Assembly: GCA_965205365.1 (NCBI GenBank)
Contig: CBDBGT010000011.1
Span: 281,268 to 345,267, forward strand
DNA length: 64,000 nucleotides
Direction: 5' to 3'
Origin: Bdellovibrionales bacterium
Lineage (GTDB): Bacteria; Bdellovibrionota; Bdellovibrionia; Bdellovibrionales; UBA1609
The notes under the pieces were generated by a model. The model saw only the letters and a program-made list of their open reading frames with translations. It was not told the DNA's origin and ran no database searches. This document shows positions 61,766 to 64,000 of this stretch, in pieces (within the stretch, counting starts at the first letter, position 1; each line of letters opens with the position of its first letter). Both the position numbers and the translations under genes were made by a program.

Positions 61766-62131
61766 ATGACATCTGCTTTAATTATATTTTATGTTTTTAT
61801 TGCTTTGATACTTATTGCACTAGTTCTTTTACAAGACCCTAAGGGTGGTGGAGGCGCACTTTTTGGCGGAGGTGGGGGAAAAAGCCTTTTTGGTGCTACA
61901 GGTGCTACAAGCTTTATTGTTAAAGCCACTAGGGTCATTGCTATTTTATTTGCACTTTGTATAATAGGAATCAACTACACTTTAATGAAAAACAACAACG
62001 CAAGCGCCATTGATGATGATGTCAACATTTCTGCGCCTATTTTAGAAGAACCTACTACCAATGAAAATAAGGCTGTAGAAAGCATTAAAGTAGACACACA
62101 AAAAGAAGCACCTAAAGGTGAAAAGCAATAA
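61766..62131 (+). CDS. secG: preprotein translocase subunit SecG
   Basis: Two TM helices flanking a Gly-rich loop (LLQDPKGGGGALFGGGGG). Confidence 0.8.
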   Translation: MTSALIIFYVFIALILIALVLLQDPKGGGGALFGGGGGKSLFGATGATSFIVKATRVIAILFALCIIGINYTLMKNNNASAIDDDVNISAPILEEPTTNENKAVESIKVDTQKEAPKGEKQ

Positions 62132-62918
62132 ACTTTTCTTTTCCCTTTTTTCACTTGGTTTAATTTGCATATTCATTGCAGGATTAAGCCTCTTCTTAAG
62201 CCTTAACCCTTCCTTACTTAAAAAACAGATTCAATATGAAATTGGTTTTGTTGTTTCAACTACTGGTGATGTTAAAAAATACTTAACAAAATCAAAAAAA
62301 GAACCTCTTAAAATCAAGCAAAAAATTTACTCAAAAGAACGCTTTATTTTAGCTACAGACTCTGTTGCAACCTTTATTCTATCCAACGAAGAAATCACTC
62401 TCTCAGGCCCTGCCGACGTAAGCTTTGAGGTTATCTCTCCTGAGACAAAAAAAGTTTTTGTAAATTTTTCAGAATTTGAAGGAATAAATCCAAAAAATGA
62501 GTTTCAAAATTTAATTTTAACCTACAAGGGCTGGATTATTAAACCCTATTTTAATAAAAGCGATCTAGAAGACTCTACTCACTACAATATTAAGGTACCT
62601 ACAAAGCTTAAAAACAATTCTCCTAATAATATTTTAGATAAAAAGCCCTTACTAGATGAGCTTATTGCAAGTAAGAGATTTTTACTTAAAAAATGTTATG
62701 AAAACTATTTGCGTAAAAACCCCCTGGCTACAGGAAAACTTGTTGTAGAGTTCACACTACAACGCACAGGCAAAGTCAGCTCCTCTAAAATAAAAGATTC
62801 TAGTTTTTTTAAAGATGAGTTGTTTAAAAATTGCATTGCCAATGTATTTACACGTATAAAAACATCGCCCTTTAATGGCAGTTCTATTATAGTCACCTAC
62901 CCCATTGAATTTGAATAG
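62118..62918 (+). CDS. membrane-anchored protein with AgmX/PglI-type (TonB-C-like) C-terminal domain
   Basis: GTG start and an N-terminal TM. The C-terminal pattern LKKCYENYLRKNP..GKLVVEFTL...G.V...NC...V......P.....I.V.YPIEFE fits that domain. Confidence 0.5.
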   Translation: MKSNKLFFSLFSLGLICIFIAGLSLFLSLNPSLLKKQIQYEIGFVVSTTGDVKKYLTKSKKEPLKIKQKIYSKERFILATDSVATFILSNEEITLSGPADVSFEVISPETKKVFVNFSEFEGINPKNEFQNLILTYKGWIIKPYFNKSDLEDSTHYNIKVPTKLKNNSPNNILDKKPLLDELIASKRFLLKKCYENYLRKNPLATGKLVVEFTLQRTGKVSSSKIKDSSFFKDELFKNCIANVFTRIKTSPFNGSSIIVTYPIEFE

Positions 62919-62977
62919 CCTAAAGTCCTTAGGATTTAAAGGATTTTTATATAAAATGATCTAAAAAAACTCTTAGT

Positions 62978-63985
62978 CTAATAATCTGAAAGATAGTCAA
63001 TTCTTTCAGGAACCCAAGGTCTTACAATTTCAGCAAAATCATTCTTAAGTGGTATCTTATCTAAATTCAAAGGAGCAACTATAGGTTCATAATTTTTATG
63101 CATAAACCCTAAATCTTTAAGCGCAGGTTTAATCAAATCACCTGCAAGGTTTGACATTCTTCTTCTTACACATAAAAGCTCATAAGAATGTTCAAAGTTA
63201 TACCTATTAAAATTATAGTTTTCTTTTAAAGCTTTGACCACATCTAAAACACCTTCTAAGGTCACAAAACCTCTTTGAAATAAGTCTAATGCAACTTCAA
63301 AAGTATTGTCCACAGCCATAAGCCTTCTACCATATCTCCTATAATACTCAGGATCAGTGTCCACAGCTAAGTTAATATAAACTCTCTCTAAAGGATCAAA
63401 GTTTTCTTTCTGATCTCTAAGCTCAATGATTAAATCAATTTGGTCTAAAGGAATACTAAAGTCTATAAGTAACAATCTAATTTCCCTGTCTGTTAACCTA
63501 TGAGAGCAAATATCTGAAAACAACGAGTAAATAGTTGCATCAGACTCACTATCATCACCCCAACAAATCATTTTACAATCTTTTGAGAGTAAAAGCCTTA
63601 TTTCCATTAGAGCTTGAATCTTAAACCCTATATGATTAGTTAAATGTTTCCAAAGAGCTGGGCGTAGGTTTTTTAGATTATCTTTTGATAAAAATCCAAA
63701 AGGCTTAATGCCGTCTAAATCAAGTTTGCTCTTAATCTTTTCTTGCATTTGAGGGGGAGAAGCTGAAATAAAATAAATTGGCAATGGGCTTGTTTTTTTA
63801 GAAAGAGCCTTTACCAACTCGGCTGTACCTGGAACATTTCTTTTTTGAAACGCTTTTTCAAAAATTGTCCGCATAAGGCCACTAAAACTCTCAAAATGTG
63901 TATCTAAATATGTCTTATCAAGATCCCAGATAAAAACATAAGATGCATCTTTAACCATAATTTTAGGGGCATAATGAAAAATCAC
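62978..63985 (-). CDS. HAD-superfamily phosphatase, App1/DUF2183-like
   Basis: DxDxT motif (WDLDKTY), S-x-S-P (ISASPPQ) and GDDSESD motif IV, with spacing similar to App1-type phosphatidate phosphatases. Confidence 0.5.
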   Translation of the reverse strand: MIFHYAPKIMVKDASYVFIWDLDKTYLDTHFESFSGLMRTIFEKAFQKRNVPGTAELVKALSKKTSPLPIYFISASPPQMQEKIKSKLDLDGIKPFGFLSKDNLKNLRPALWKHLTNHIGFKIQALMEIRLLLSKDCKMICWGDDSESDATIYSLFSDICSHRLTDREIRLLLIDFSIPLDQIDLIIELRDQKENFDPLERVYINLAVDTDPEYYRRYGRRLMAVDNTFEVALDLFQRGFVTLEGVLDVVKALKENYNFNRYNFEHSYELLCVRRRMSNLAGDLIKPALKDLGFMHKNYEPIVAPLNLDKIPLKNDFAEIVRPWVPERIDYLSDY

Positions 63986-64000
63986 AACATCTTTCCTCTG

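Noticed and set aside
1-64000. Visual search for CRISPR arrays, tRNA/rRNA genes, tandem repeat arrays, and recognisable defence, toxin-antitoxin or reverse-transcriptase genes.
   Set aside because: None were recognised by eye. Intergenic regions are short except 21405-22033, 48974-49319 and 57278-59527, which are accounted for by leaders or IS debris. A tRNAscan, Rfam or CRISPR-finder run would be needed to exclude small RNA genes.

Overview
This is an AT-rich, gene-dense chromosomal window with almost all genes on the minus strand.

Gene content, in window order:
- Left edge: an acyl-CoA thioesterase, a LuxR-type regulator, mutS and two orphan secreted proteins.
- A LysR-linked periplasmic module: a Tat-signal His-rich protein, a CxxCH lipoprotein and a YceI-like protein.
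- A long S10-spc-alpha ribosomal protein cluster (rpsJ to rplQ, including secY, adk and rpoA).
- A small accessory islet: a pilin-like protein, a DUF1566 lipoprotein, an intact ISL3-family IS and a small HExxH lipoprotein.
- A co-directional array running pyrB, carA, an orphan gene, carB, an ABC transporter, pilD and pilMNOPQ.
- fadI/fadJ-like beta-oxidation genes, maeB, hflX and a secreted S8 protease.
- An intact IS982-family IS, then apbE plus nqrFEDCBA (Na+-NQR).
- An IS-remnant graveyard around a cold-shock gene.
- tatD, holB, tmk, secG, an AgmX/PglI-type C-terminal domain protein and an App1-like HAD phosphatase.

Na+-NQR, the type IVa pilus genes, the AgmX/PglI-type domain and the many lipoproteins suggest a Bdellovibrionota/Oligoflexia-like organism. 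That is an inference only. I saw no rRNA, tRNA or CRISPR array.

I could not identify a clear-cut new multi-gene system such as a defence island. The most unusual observations are:
- The r-protein cluster lacks rplX, rpsN, rpsD, infA and map at tightly packed junctions.
- Two genes (the CxxCH lipoprotein and hflX) have conserved-looking N-termini encoded upstream of any canonical start codon. The CxxCH case has a well-spaced Shine-Dalgarno plus ATA.
- The LysR-divergent Tat / triple-HxH / PSCyt1-like / YceI module.
- A pilin-like protein with Gln at +5 and a Cys-rich tail.
- Five IS elements or IS ends whose termini can be read directly from the sequence.
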